Source of the DNA: Candidatus Micrarchaeota archaeon
GTDB lineage: Archaea; B1Sed10-29; WALL01; WAMD01
Reading direction: 5' to 3'
Length of the DNA: 16,936 nucleotides
Assembly (NCBI GenBank): GCA_964652335.1
Contig: CAZZDL010000002.1
Coordinates: 1-16,936, forward strand
Shown here: positions 1 to 7,115 of the stretch, piece after piece
How the letters are laid out: each line of letters starts with the position of its first letter
How positions within the stretch are numbered: position 1 is the first letter of the stretch
The notes under the pieces: model-generated
What the model saw: the letters and a program-made list of their open reading frames with translations, nothing else
What the model was told of the DNA's origin: nothing
Databases searched by the model: none
Made by a program: the position numbers and the translations under genes

Positions 1-10
1 GCTAAAGCCT

Positions 11-501
11 CTAAACCTTCCTCCACATCTCCAAGTTTCTGGGGAAGAAACCCCAATGCTGATAAATCTCTCTAGCCCTGGTGTTCCCCCAGTGAACATC
101 AATTGCAATCCATTTTAGACCTTTTTCCCTGAACCACCTTCTCCCAGCCTGGAACAATGCAGTGGATACACCCTTTCCTCTGAACATTGGTTTCACATAA
201 ATATCACCAAAATATCCATACTCCTCTACTGCAAAAACTGGAGCAGTTTTCTTCACCTGGAGAATAGCATAACCTGCCAGTTGGCCATCAACTTCTGCAA
301 CAATCAACCTAGAATTTCTAGCCCTAACTAGCTTTTTGAACCATTCTTTCTTAATCTTCAAGTGGTTCCTTTTTAGTTTTAGAATTGGTTTCACACTCGG
401 GTTGGTAGCTGTGGCTATCTTGTAAGGTCTTCCATGAATGCTCTCGTCATCCTAACCAATTCAGGTATATCCTCTGTTCTTGCTTTTCTGATAACAACCA
501 T
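11..501 (-). pseudogene. GNAT family N-acetyltransferase, frameshifted near 424-426 (about 163 aa if one base is restored)
   Basis: The C-terminal ORF 11..394 has GNAT motifs (IVAEVDGQLAGY; DIYVKPMFRGKGVS motif A; N..A..IY..WGF). An ATG at 501 with GGAGA upstream encodes a typical GNAT N-terminus, MVVIRKARTEDIPELV, in a different frame that stops at TAG 417-415. Could be an intact gene with a sequencing indel. Confidence 0.8.
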
Positions 502-523
502 TAGTATCTCCAGTTACCATCTA

Positions 524-862
524 TTACACTTCATCCACATAAACCCTTGCAAACTCGTCTTCTCCCTCCCATACTTGAACATAGCTAATGGGATACCTCT
601 TGTTCAATTCCTTCAAAAAGAATCTGGCAAGAGACTCCATTCCAACAAATTTTATTCCTGCTTTCGCTAGCTCTCCCGCAACCCCCTTATACTCAAGCTC
701 TCTAGCCAAAGCCTCCAAATCTCTCTTAAAGTCTATTGCAGAGACTCCAGCAACCCAACCCTTGTCGTCAATCTTCCCCTCAATCACAGCCTCTATCCTA
801 AACTTAATCGGAACCTTCATATGAAATGCATGCAAACTCGTCCTAGCTCCCAACCTTGCCAT
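524..862 (-). CDS. 6-pyruvoyl-tetrahydropterin synthase/QueD-like T-fold protein, degenerate active site (112 aa)
   Basis: By-eye match to QueD: SLHAFH ~ F.AAH; IDFKRDLE...ELEYK ~ DF..LK....LDH; GMESLARFF ~ PTAENLA.WI; VQVWEGEDEFARV ~ VRVWE...S.AEY. The C..LHGH segment is absent. RBS GGAGTGA upstream. Confidence 0.7.
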   Translation of the reverse strand: MARLGARTSLHAFHMKVPIKFRIEAVIEGKIDDKGWVAGVSAIDFKRDLEALARELEYKGVAGELAKAGIKFVGMESLARFFLKELNKRYPISYVQVWEGEDEFARVYVDEV

Positions 863-866
863 ATTA

Positions 867-1349
867 TCACTCCAAATAATCTTTCATGAACATAATTACA
901 TTATGAAGTGTTGGGTGTATCTCGGGATGTCTTTTTGCAGTATCCAAAATACGCTCATAAGCCATATCAAACGCTGTGTCTACTGCCTTCCCATGCCACC
1001 TGTACATCTCAACCAATTTAACAATATCAGACCGCCTGTAGTACAGCTTCTTTCCACGTTCTTGGTAATGCCTAAGCTTGGTTAATGCCAACTCCACAGC
1101 TCCTGGATCTTCCTTGTAATGTGTGACCAGATTATGGACTAACAAACCAATTGGCTTAACATGGATTTCCTCAAGCTTAGAAAATATCCTCTCAGTCGCA
1201 TTTTTGTCAATGGAATAAGATTCTAGCCACCACTTCAGCTGAGACTCTGGTTCTCTAGCTAGATGCAACTTCTTCAGGGCAAAAGAATAAGTATCCTTTC
1301 CATACTTCCTCTTGTAAAACGGCCCTAATACCAGTGTCCTAATTCCCAA
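867..1349 (-). CDS. hypothetical protein, probably alpha-helical with internal repeats (160 aa)
   Basis: TTG start with GAGGGG about 8 nt upstream; fills the space between neighbours with 2-nt and 4-nt gaps; no recognisable family motif. Confidence 0.75.
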   Translation of the reverse strand: MGIRTLVLGPFYKRKYGKDTYSFALKKLHLAREPESQLKWWLESYSIDKNATERIFSKLEEIHVKPIGLLVHNLVTHYKEDPGAVELALTKLRHYQERGKKLYYRRSDIVKLVEMYRWHGKAVDTAFDMAYERILDTAKRHPEIHPTLHNVIMFMKDYLE

Positions 1350-1351
1350 TT

Positions 1352-1936
1352 TTAATTCCCCTCTTCAAAGGCCTCTTTTATTCTATCTATAACTCTTGTT
1401 CCATTACCCTCATCTATTATCTTCCTAGCTATCATACCTATTTTATTTACTGCATCTTCCTCATCCTTATAACTAACTGTAATTATCTTTGAGTCAACAC
1501 TTTTACCTTTGACCTCCAGCGTCCCTGGACCACCTCTAGCCAATCTAGACACCCTGATACCTTCCCTATGCAAAAGTACTACTGGTACTCCTTCCCTGAC
1601 TGCCATCTCAATTTCCATCCCAACTCCCAACGAAGGTTTATCAACAACCGCAATCACTGCACCATTACTCCCAGCATTCAATACGGCTTTTTTATCTACT
1701 TGGTAAACTTCACTTGGACTCACATCTGGATATTTCTCAGGATCAGTAACCCAATGAGGAACATAAGCGAATCCCCCGTGCTCTTTTATCTTCTTTGCAA
1801 TCTTCTCGTAAAATGCCTTTCTCTTTTTTCTCTCTTCCTTGGACAAATTAGTAAGTGCGCCTGATACATAAAACCAAGGTTTCCCTGGTTTATACCCATG
1901 CTCTTTTATCTCTTTGATCACTCGCTTCGGAAACAT
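1352..1936 (-). CDS. nucleoside 2-deoxyribosyltransferase superfamily protein, Rcl/DNPH1-like nucleotide N-glycosidase (194 aa)
   Basis: FYVSGALT, VYQVD, VDKPSLGVGMEIEMA (catalytic Glu) and VSRLARG correspond to DNPH1 motifs LYFCGS, V..PSLGVGYELG.A and SAMIRG. Start moved to ATG 1936 because AGGAG (1950-1946) lies directly against the TTG at 1945. Confidence 0.85.
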   Translation of the reverse strand: MFPKRVIKEIKEHGYKPGKPWFYVSGALTNLSKEERKKRKAFYEKIAKKIKEHGGFAYVPHWVTDPEKYPDVSPSEVYQVDKKAVLNAGSNGAVIAVVDKPSLGVGMEIEMAVREGVPVVLLHREGIRVSRLARGGPGTLEVKGKSVDSKIITVSYKDEEDAVNKIGMIARKIIDEGNGTRVIDRIKEAFEEGN

Positions 1937-1983
1937 AAAGGTCAACTCCTAAGCTTGTGTCATACTTGTTAACTCACTCTTTG

Positions 1984-1991
1984 TTTTTAAA
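1984..1991 (-). promoter_or_regulatory. putative TATA box for the 1936-to-11 unit
   Basis: TTTAAAAA on the minus strand in the short intergenic gap upstream of the N-glycosidase gene. Confidence 0.45.
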
Positions 1992-2041
1992 CCGCTGTAC
2001 TCACAAATTTGATTTTTAATCATATCAACAATACTACATTA

Positions 2042-3079
2042 TCATTTAAATAAAGCCCCGTGATATGCATGTGCAAGAGTTTTTACAAAAGTAACTACCC
2101 AAAAACCAACTAAAAGACAATACAATGCAAAACCGATATAATCTATCAATTGAAAGCTGAATAACTGTGAGATTGTGTGGGTTGCAGCCACATATGCTCC
2201 AAGAGGGAAAATAAATGCCCACCAAGACATCGCGTAAGGGAGTTTCAGTTTCTTTAAGTAGTGCAAGCTCAATATGATAGACATTATGACCCACCATATG
2301 CCAAATCCCCAGAATAAAAATCCAAATATAAAGAAGGGCTCTTGTATAGTTATAAAGGATGAATTCTTGACAAGGTTGACCAGTGCAACAGTTCCTGCTC
2401 CAATTGGACCTAGGTTTATCCATATTGTTGGAGCAAGGGTGTTTGGTAGTGGGTGATGAAGAATAAAACGATACATTGCTATAGCTAACAGGGCTAGATA
2501 AATAAAGAACCCAGCTCCCCATCCAAAGTAATTAAGGAACAATATAACCTCTTGCGCTACTCCTGAAAAGTGCGTAATAATCATGCTCCCTGCAATCGGA
2601 ATCACTATCAGCCCAACAGGAGGTATGAACCATGCAGGACTTATATGGTCAATCTTAACATGTTCACCTTTAAACATTAAATAGGGTATTAGTATAGCAA
2701 AGATTATTGTTAGGAATGTTCCTATAAACCAAAAAATCTCTCCAATTGCTATGTCCTTACCAAGCACGATGAAATCGGTCGCCAAAACGAGCATACCTAC
2801 TGACAATGTAGGATAAAAATTTGAGATTACCGGATGCTCCAGGTCGTTTAATGCCTCTTTTCTAAAGAATACCCATCTAAAGATCCATGGAATCAATAAA
2901 ACAAAAAAGAGAACTATATTAAAGTAGAACAAAATATAAGCCACATCCATTAGGAATGGGATGTACCGAGAATAGAACATACTAGTTACTGCCAGTATCC
3001 CTGTTCCCATAACGCTCGCAAACCAAGAGGGTGTAAAGTTCTTGACAATCTGACATTTGCACTCTATGTCTCTCAACAT
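2042..3079 (-). CDS. TDT/SLAC1 family (tellurite-resistance/dicarboxylate/sulfite) transporter, about 10 TM helices (345 aa)
   Basis: Family motifs FTPSWFASVMGTGI, ISPAWFIPPVG, WINLGPIG, WWAFIFPLGAY. The likely start is ATG 3079 (GGTGG upstream); the longer 3193 start would overlap arsR. Confidence 0.92.
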   Translation of the reverse strand: MLRDIECKCQIVKNFTPSWFASVMGTGILAVTSMFYSRYIPFLMDVAYILFYFNIVLFFVLLIPWIFRWVFFRKEALNDLEHPVISNFYPTLSVGMLVLATDFIVLGKDIAIGEIFWFIGTFLTIIFAILIPYLMFKGEHVKIDHISPAWFIPPVGLIVIPIAGSMIITHFSGVAQEVILFLNYFGWGAGFFIYLALLAIAMYRFILHHPLPNTLAPTIWINLGPIGAGTVALVNLVKNSSFITIQEPFFIFGFLFWGFGIWWVIMSIILSLHYLKKLKLPYAMSWWAFIFPLGAYVAATHTISQLFSFQLIDYIGFALYCLLVGFWVVTFVKTLAHAYHGALFK

Positions 3080-3107
3080 AAAACCACCATTCCATCTTAA
3101 TGTTTCC

Positions 3108-3362
3108 TTATCCCAATATCTCCAAGAGAATTTTCTTAACTTTTGGGTCGGAGATCTTGTAATATACCTTTCTTCCCTCCTTCCTTGATTCAACGATTCC
3201 TAGTTCTTCAAGTTTTGCCAGCTGGATCGAAACTGTTGATTGAGATCTTTTCGTAATCGGAACAATTTCACAAACACATTTTTCTCCACTTAACAGGAAC
3301 TCAACTATTTTTAGTCTCGTTTCATCACATAATGCCTTGAATATCCTTAGTGATTCCTTCAT
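3108..3362 (-). CDS. ArsR/SmtB family transcriptional repressor with alpha3 CVC metal(loid) site (84 aa)
   Basis: FKAL.DETRLKI, GEKCVCEI, SQSTVS.QL..L...GIV.SRKEGR.VYY winged-helix signature. Confidence 0.93.
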   Translation of the reverse strand: MKESLRIFKALCDETRLKIVEFLLSGEKCVCEIVPITKRSQSTVSIQLAKLEELGIVESRKEGRKVYYKISDPKVKKILLEILG

Positions 3363-3365
3363 GTG

Positions 3366-3389
3366 ATATATTGATGTTTGTCAATATAT
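3366..3389. promoter_or_regulatory. probable ArsR operator (perfect 9-6-9 inverted repeat)
   Basis: ATATATTGA-TGTTTG-TCAATATAT, 3 nt upstream of the arsR ATG and overlapping its TATA box. Confidence 0.75.
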
Positions 3390-3393
3390 ATAA
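3386..3393 (-). promoter_or_regulatory. TATA box of a probably leaderless arsR-TDT transcript
   Basis: TTATATAT on the minus strand, 24-31 nt before ATG 3362, preceded by the BRE-like GCGTAAA. Confidence 0.6.
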
Positions 3394-3442
3394 TTTACGC
3401 TTGTAGCAGTGCGCTCGTACAAGAAGTGCCAATCAGAAATCC

Positions 3443-3450
3443 TTTTAAAT
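3443..3450 (+). promoter_or_regulatory. putative TATA box for cysteine synthase-cysS
   Basis: TTTTAAAT preceded by the BRE-like AGAAATCC; GGGTG RBS-like motif at 3471-3475. Confidence 0.5.
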
Positions 3451-3491
3451 CAATTGAACAATAATATCCTGGGTGTTTGAAATGAACGCCG

Positions 3492-4391
3492 GTGAAAGCC
3501 TTTGCCTGGATTGAATCTACAATTGGAAAAACCCCAGTGGTAACCCTAAAAACTGATTCTGGACTGACTGTTGCAAAGCTGGAAAGAGCAAACCTAACTG
3601 GAAGTGTAAAGGATAGAATAGTTCTAGAAGCGGTTAAGGACGCTATTAAAGCTGGCTACAAGGCAATGGTAGAAGCGACCACAGGGAACACTGGAATAAG
3701 TCTAGCTGCAATAGGATCAGCTCTGGGGCTAGACGTCACAGTAATCATGCCAAAAAGCATGACCAACGAAAGAAGAAAACTAATCAAACATTACGGAGCT
3801 AGTCTTGTCCTAGTTAAAGACATGAAAGAAGGTAGGGAACTAGCCATGGAGCTGGCTAGAGAAAATGATTGGTATTTCCTGGACCAGTTTAACAATCCCA
3901 ACGCCTTAATGGCTGGAAGAAAACTAGGGAAAGAGATTGTGGATTGGTTGCTCAAATCCAAAATACAACCTACGAACGTAGTGGCTGCCGTTGGGACTGG
4001 CGCTACATTAGCAGGAATTGGAGCAGAGGTTAAGGCAAAGTTCCCATCAGTAGAAGTGTACGGAATAAAATCCGTTGGCCAAATAGACGGAACCAGAGAT
4101 GGTGTAGATACTCCATTCTTAGAGACAGTAAAAATAGATGGGTGGATCAAAGTAAGAAGAGAAGAGGCAGTAAGCAAAGCTAGAGAACTAGCTAGGCTAG
4201 GATTAGGCGTAGGGATATCCAGCGGGGCAAATGTGGTAGCGGCTGAAAGGTTGGGGGGAGTCACTGTTACTGTTTTTCCAGATTCTGCAGAGAGGTACTT
4301 CTCAACAGAAGTGTTCTCGGACGAAAAGCTAAACGAACAAACGTTTTTATGCGAAAACGTGATACAATTAAAATGGAGGTCTAAGAGATGA
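3492..4391 (+). CDS. cysK: PLP-dependent cysteine synthase family protein (O-acetylserine sulfhydrylase-like, 299 aa)
   Basis: IGKTP, GSVKDR (PLP lysine), EATTGNTG, DQFNNP, GTGAT, GISSGAN, PDSAERYFST. The CysK versus CysM subtype cannot be resolved by eye. Confidence 0.88.
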   Translation: MKAFAWIESTIGKTPVVTLKTDSGLTVAKLERANLTGSVKDRIVLEAVKDAIKAGYKAMVEATTGNTGISLAAIGSALGLDVTVIMPKSMTNERRKLIKHYGASLVLVKDMKEGRELAMELARENDWYFLDQFNNPNALMAGRKLGKEIVDWLLKSKIQPTNVVAAVGTGATLAGIGAEVKAKFPSVEVYGIKSVGQIDGTRDGVDTPFLETVKIDGWIKVRREEAVSKARELARLGLGVGISSGANVVAAERLGGVTVTVFPDSAERYFSTEVFSDEKLNEQTFLCENVIQLKWRSKR

Positions 4392-5800
4392 AAGTGCACA
4401 ATACTCTGACAAGGAAAAAAGAGGAATTTCACCCAATCCATGAAGACGAGAATAGAGTTTATATGTTCGTCTGTGGACCTACTGTTTACGATTATCCACA
4501 TGTCGGTCATGCAAGGTCCTATGTTGCATATGATGTGATCGCCAAGTATCTTAGGTACAAAGGTTGGTCTGTCTTCTACGTACAGAACATAACAGATATA
4601 GACGACAAAATAATTCAGCGGGCCAATAAAACTGGGAAAAATTGGAAGGAGATAGCTAGAGAGTTTGAAAGGATATATTATGAAGAAATGAAGAAACTAG
4701 GGGTTGACTCAGTAAACTTGTATGCAAGAGCAACAGAGCATATATCAGAAATAATAGACCAAGTGAAAAGGCTGCTGGAAAAAGGATTTGCATATGAAAC
4801 AGAAGATGGAGTCTACTTTGACATAACTAAGTTCCCAGAGTATGGAAAGTTGTCGGGACAGAAACTAGAAGATCTTCTAGCTGGCGCAAGAGTAGAGGTA
4901 AACGAGAACAAGAGAAATCCATACGATTTTGCTCTCTGGAAAAAGGCCAAACCTGGCGAGCCAAGCTGGCCAAGCCCATGGGGAAAAGGTAGACCTGGAT
5001 GGCACATAGAAGACACTGCAATAAGTGAGAGATACCTAGGACAGCAGTATGATATTCATGGTGGGGGACAGGACCTAATATTCCCTCATCATGAGTGTGA
5101 GATCGCCCAAATGGAAGCCGTTAGTGGTAAAAAACCGTTCGTCCGCTATTGGCTGCACAACGGTTTCATAAAAGTTAAGGGAGAAAAAATGAGTAAGAGT
5201 CTTGGTAATTTCTGGACAATCAAGGATGTTCTGGAGAAGGTATCGCCGGAGGCACTGCGACTGTTCCTCATATCTACACATTACAGGAGCCATATAGATT
5301 TCACGCCAGAAGCATTAGAACAAGCACAGCGAACATGGGAAGGGCTAGCAGCAGTAGTAAGAAAGCTAGTAAAATTAAACAGGAAACTAGGTCACGGGAA
5401 TCCATCAGAGAAAGTTAGAAATGAATTGGAAAGGATCCACTCATCCTGGGAAACTGCGATGGATGATGACTTTAACACGCCTGGAGCGCTGGCTGCACTG
5501 CATGAATGGGAAACGCTAGTCAACAGAGATATCCTTTCAAATCCGTCTCCAGGGGATGTTGAGCTAGCTCTGGAATATCTGCAAAGATGGGATACCGTAC
5601 TCTACTTGTTCCAAAATGTGATGAAAGGGGAAACCAATGAAGAACTTATTGACAAGCTTATGGAAATAGTAATAACAGTGAGAAACAAGCTGAGGAAAGA
5701 AAAGATGTATGAGCTAAGCGATTGGATAAGAGCTGAATTAGGGAAGATAGGTATCCAGCTGAATGACAAGGGAGAAAAGACAGAATGGGAGATTAGATAA
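4388..5800 (+). CDS. cysS: cysteine--tRNA ligase (class I, 470 aa)
   Basis: CGPTVYD, HVGH (HIGH), NITDIDDKII, DFALWK, GRPGWHIE, DIHGGG.DL.FPHHE.E, KMSKSLGN, DDFNTP; ATGA overlap with the upstream gene. Confidence 0.98.
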   Translation: MKVHNTLTRKKEEFHPIHEDENRVYMFVCGPTVYDYPHVGHARSYVAYDVIAKYLRYKGWSVFYVQNITDIDDKIIQRANKTGKNWKEIAREFERIYYEEMKKLGVDSVNLYARATEHISEIIDQVKRLLEKGFAYETEDGVYFDITKFPEYGKLSGQKLEDLLAGARVEVNENKRNPYDFALWKKAKPGEPSWPSPWGKGRPGWHIEDTAISERYLGQQYDIHGGGQDLIFPHHECEIAQMEAVSGKKPFVRYWLHNGFIKVKGEKMSKSLGNFWTIKDVLEKVSPEALRLFLISTHYRSHIDFTPEALEQAQRTWEGLAAVVRKLVKLNRKLGHGNPSEKVRNELERIHSSWETAMDDDFNTPGALAALHEWETLVNRDILSNPSPGDVELALEYLQRWDTVLYLFQNVMKGETNEELIDKLMEIVITVRNKLRKEKMYELSDWIRAELGKIGIQLNDKGEKTEWEIR

Positions 5801-5802
5801 AA

Positions 5803-6474
5803 TTACCTACCAAATCTCCTCTCCCTTGCTAGATAATCATTAATGGCATTATCCAATTCTTCCTTGTTAAACTCTGGCCAAAGCTTATTGGAAAAGTACC
5901 ATTCAGAATAAGCGGACTGCCATAACATAAAACCTGAAGACCTGTATGTTGATCCTGTCCTTATTATGAGATCTGGCTCTGATCGCAGATACAAGTTATT
6001 TGCTATTGCATCCTCAGTTGGTTCTAACCCGGCACCTATCAGCCGTTTAATTGCATCAATTATTTCTGCCCTACCACCATAGGCGACAGCAATGTTGATT
6101 GTGTAACCCTCAAAGCTTCTTGTTTTCTCCATAACCTTCATCATTAGCTCCTGAATATCCAGGGGAAGCAGGCTTAAACGTCCAATGAATCGGACTTTTC
6201 CATCAATTCCTTCTTTTAGTATTCTACTCAGATAATCCCTCATATTATTAAATATTACTTCCAACTCACTTCTATTTCTCTGCAGGTTCTCTGTGGATAA
6301 AGCCCAAAGAGTTACCTCTCTTAAACCAAGATTTTGATATTGCCTTAACCAATCTTGGATCAATACTTTAGCTACCTCAAATCCCTGGGTGTATGCCTCA
6401 GAATATGCAATACCTACCTTCTTTGCATACCTCCTATTTCCATCTGGAATAAATGCGATTGATCGCAATTGCAC
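5803..6474 (-). CDS. uppS: cis-prenyltransferase (undecaprenyl/polyprenyl diphosphate synthase, 223 aa)
   Basis: IPDGNRR, LSTEN, YGGRAEI, PDLIIRTG...R.SGF.LWQSAYSE, LWPEF, C-terminal RRFGR. Start placed at GTG 6474, 6 nt after GAGGAGGT. Confidence 0.95.
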   Translation of the reverse strand: MQLRSIAFIPDGNRRYAKKVGIAYSEAYTQGFEVAKVLIQDWLRQYQNLGLREVTLWALSTENLQRNRSELEVIFNNMRDYLSRILKEGIDGKVRFIGRLSLLPLDIQELMMKVMEKTRSFEGYTINIAVAYGGRAEIIDAIKRLIGAGLEPTEDAIANNLYLRSEPDLIIRTGSTYRSSGFMLWQSAYSEWYFSNKLWPEFNKEELDNAINDYLARERRFGR

Positions 6475-6497
6475 AGATCTACCTCCTCGCAAGCATA

Positions 6498-6505
6498 TTT
6501 ATATA
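6498..6505 (+). promoter_or_regulatory. TATA box for the pilus operon (probably leaderless); possibly bidirectional with uppS
   Basis: TTTATATA ends about 25 nt before ATG 6531, which has no RBS; it reads TATATAAA on the minus strand. Confidence 0.6.
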
Positions 6506-6530
6506 GAATGTCTTCTTTTTATTCTTTGTT

Positions 6531-7115
6531 ATGAAAGGGATATCGCCTGTGCTCTCATATGTCCTAATAATAGCGATAGTTGTCATAATATCAATAGGTT
6601 CGTATCTCTGGGCAGATTACAGCCAAAGGCAATTCAAGGATAAACTAATTGTAAAGGACATGGAAAACCAGATGGTCGGGTTAGACGCATTAATACAAGA
6701 GGTCGCTCACGGAGACATAAACTATACCATAACACATACCGTATACTATCAAACTGGAACACTCAGGGTAGAAGCAGATAAGGACTGGATCATGTACATA
6801 ACCCAAGCCAATTCTGAAATATACCAAACAATATCAGCCTCAGAAGACGCAACGGATAGCTGCACCTCCTCGTCAGTTACTATACTAGACTCGGACACGC
6901 AAATAAAAATGGCAAGGATTCCTTTTACAAATGTCTATAGGGGAGCATCCGGAAACGAGCTTGGGCAAAGAGTAGAAATCGTCGCTTGCTTCCCAGACAT
7001 AGATATAACAGTTGGTGAGGGCTGTATCGGCAAATCGGGGCCAAGTTCAAGGGTCATCATAAAAAAGATTGGTTACTCTGGAACCAAGCCAGTGGTTCAG
7101 GTGGGGGTATGTTAG
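6531..7115 (+). CDS. archaeal type IV pilin-like protein with class III signal peptide (194 aa)
   Basis: MKG|ISPVLSYVLIIAIVVII is a canonical archaeal prepilin N-terminus; beta-rich domain with 4 Cys follows. Confidence 0.85.
   Translation: MKGISPVLSYVLIIAIVVIISIGSYLWADYSQRQFKDKLIVKDMENQMVGLDALIQEVAHGDINYTITHTVYYQTGTLRVEADKDWIMYITQANSEIYQTISASEDATDSCTSSSVTILDSDTQIKMARIPFTNVYRGASGNELGQRVEIVACFPDIDITVGEGCIGKSGPSSRVIIKKIGYSGTKPVVQVGVC

Noticed and set aside
415..1951. Possible TAG reassignment or pyrrolysine readthrough (TAG at 417 and 1951)
   Set aside because: Readthrough at 417 meets TGA eight codons later and does not restore the GNAT frame. TAG ends genes normally at 11-13 and 7113-7115, and no long gene contains an internal TAG.
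1991..2042. Possible second ArsR site, or a direct repeat with 3401-3423 marking cassette ends
   Set aside because: Similarity is only a few bases and not palindromic; indistinguishable from chance.
2046..2522. 158-aa alternative-frame ORF inside the TDT gene
   Set aside because: Fully nested in a conserved gene, with no recognisable protein features.
3080..3193. Longer starts in the ORF track (TDT at 3193, uppS at 6492, pilin at 12207, small protein at 13481)
   Set aside because: They overlap neighbouring genes or RBS motifs; downstream starts have proper RBS spacing or expose signal peptides.
3791..4510. 239-aa minus-strand ORF, and similar antisense ORFs such as 10847..11419, 7499..7852, 434..670, 588..824, 14452..14742
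   Set aside because: They lie antisense to well-supported genes, have Ser/Phe/Leu-rich shadow composition and show no motifs.
6479..6496. Mini-ORF MLARR-stop upstream of uppS
   Set aside because: Its codons are largely the RBS itself and it abuts the TATA box; expected by chance.
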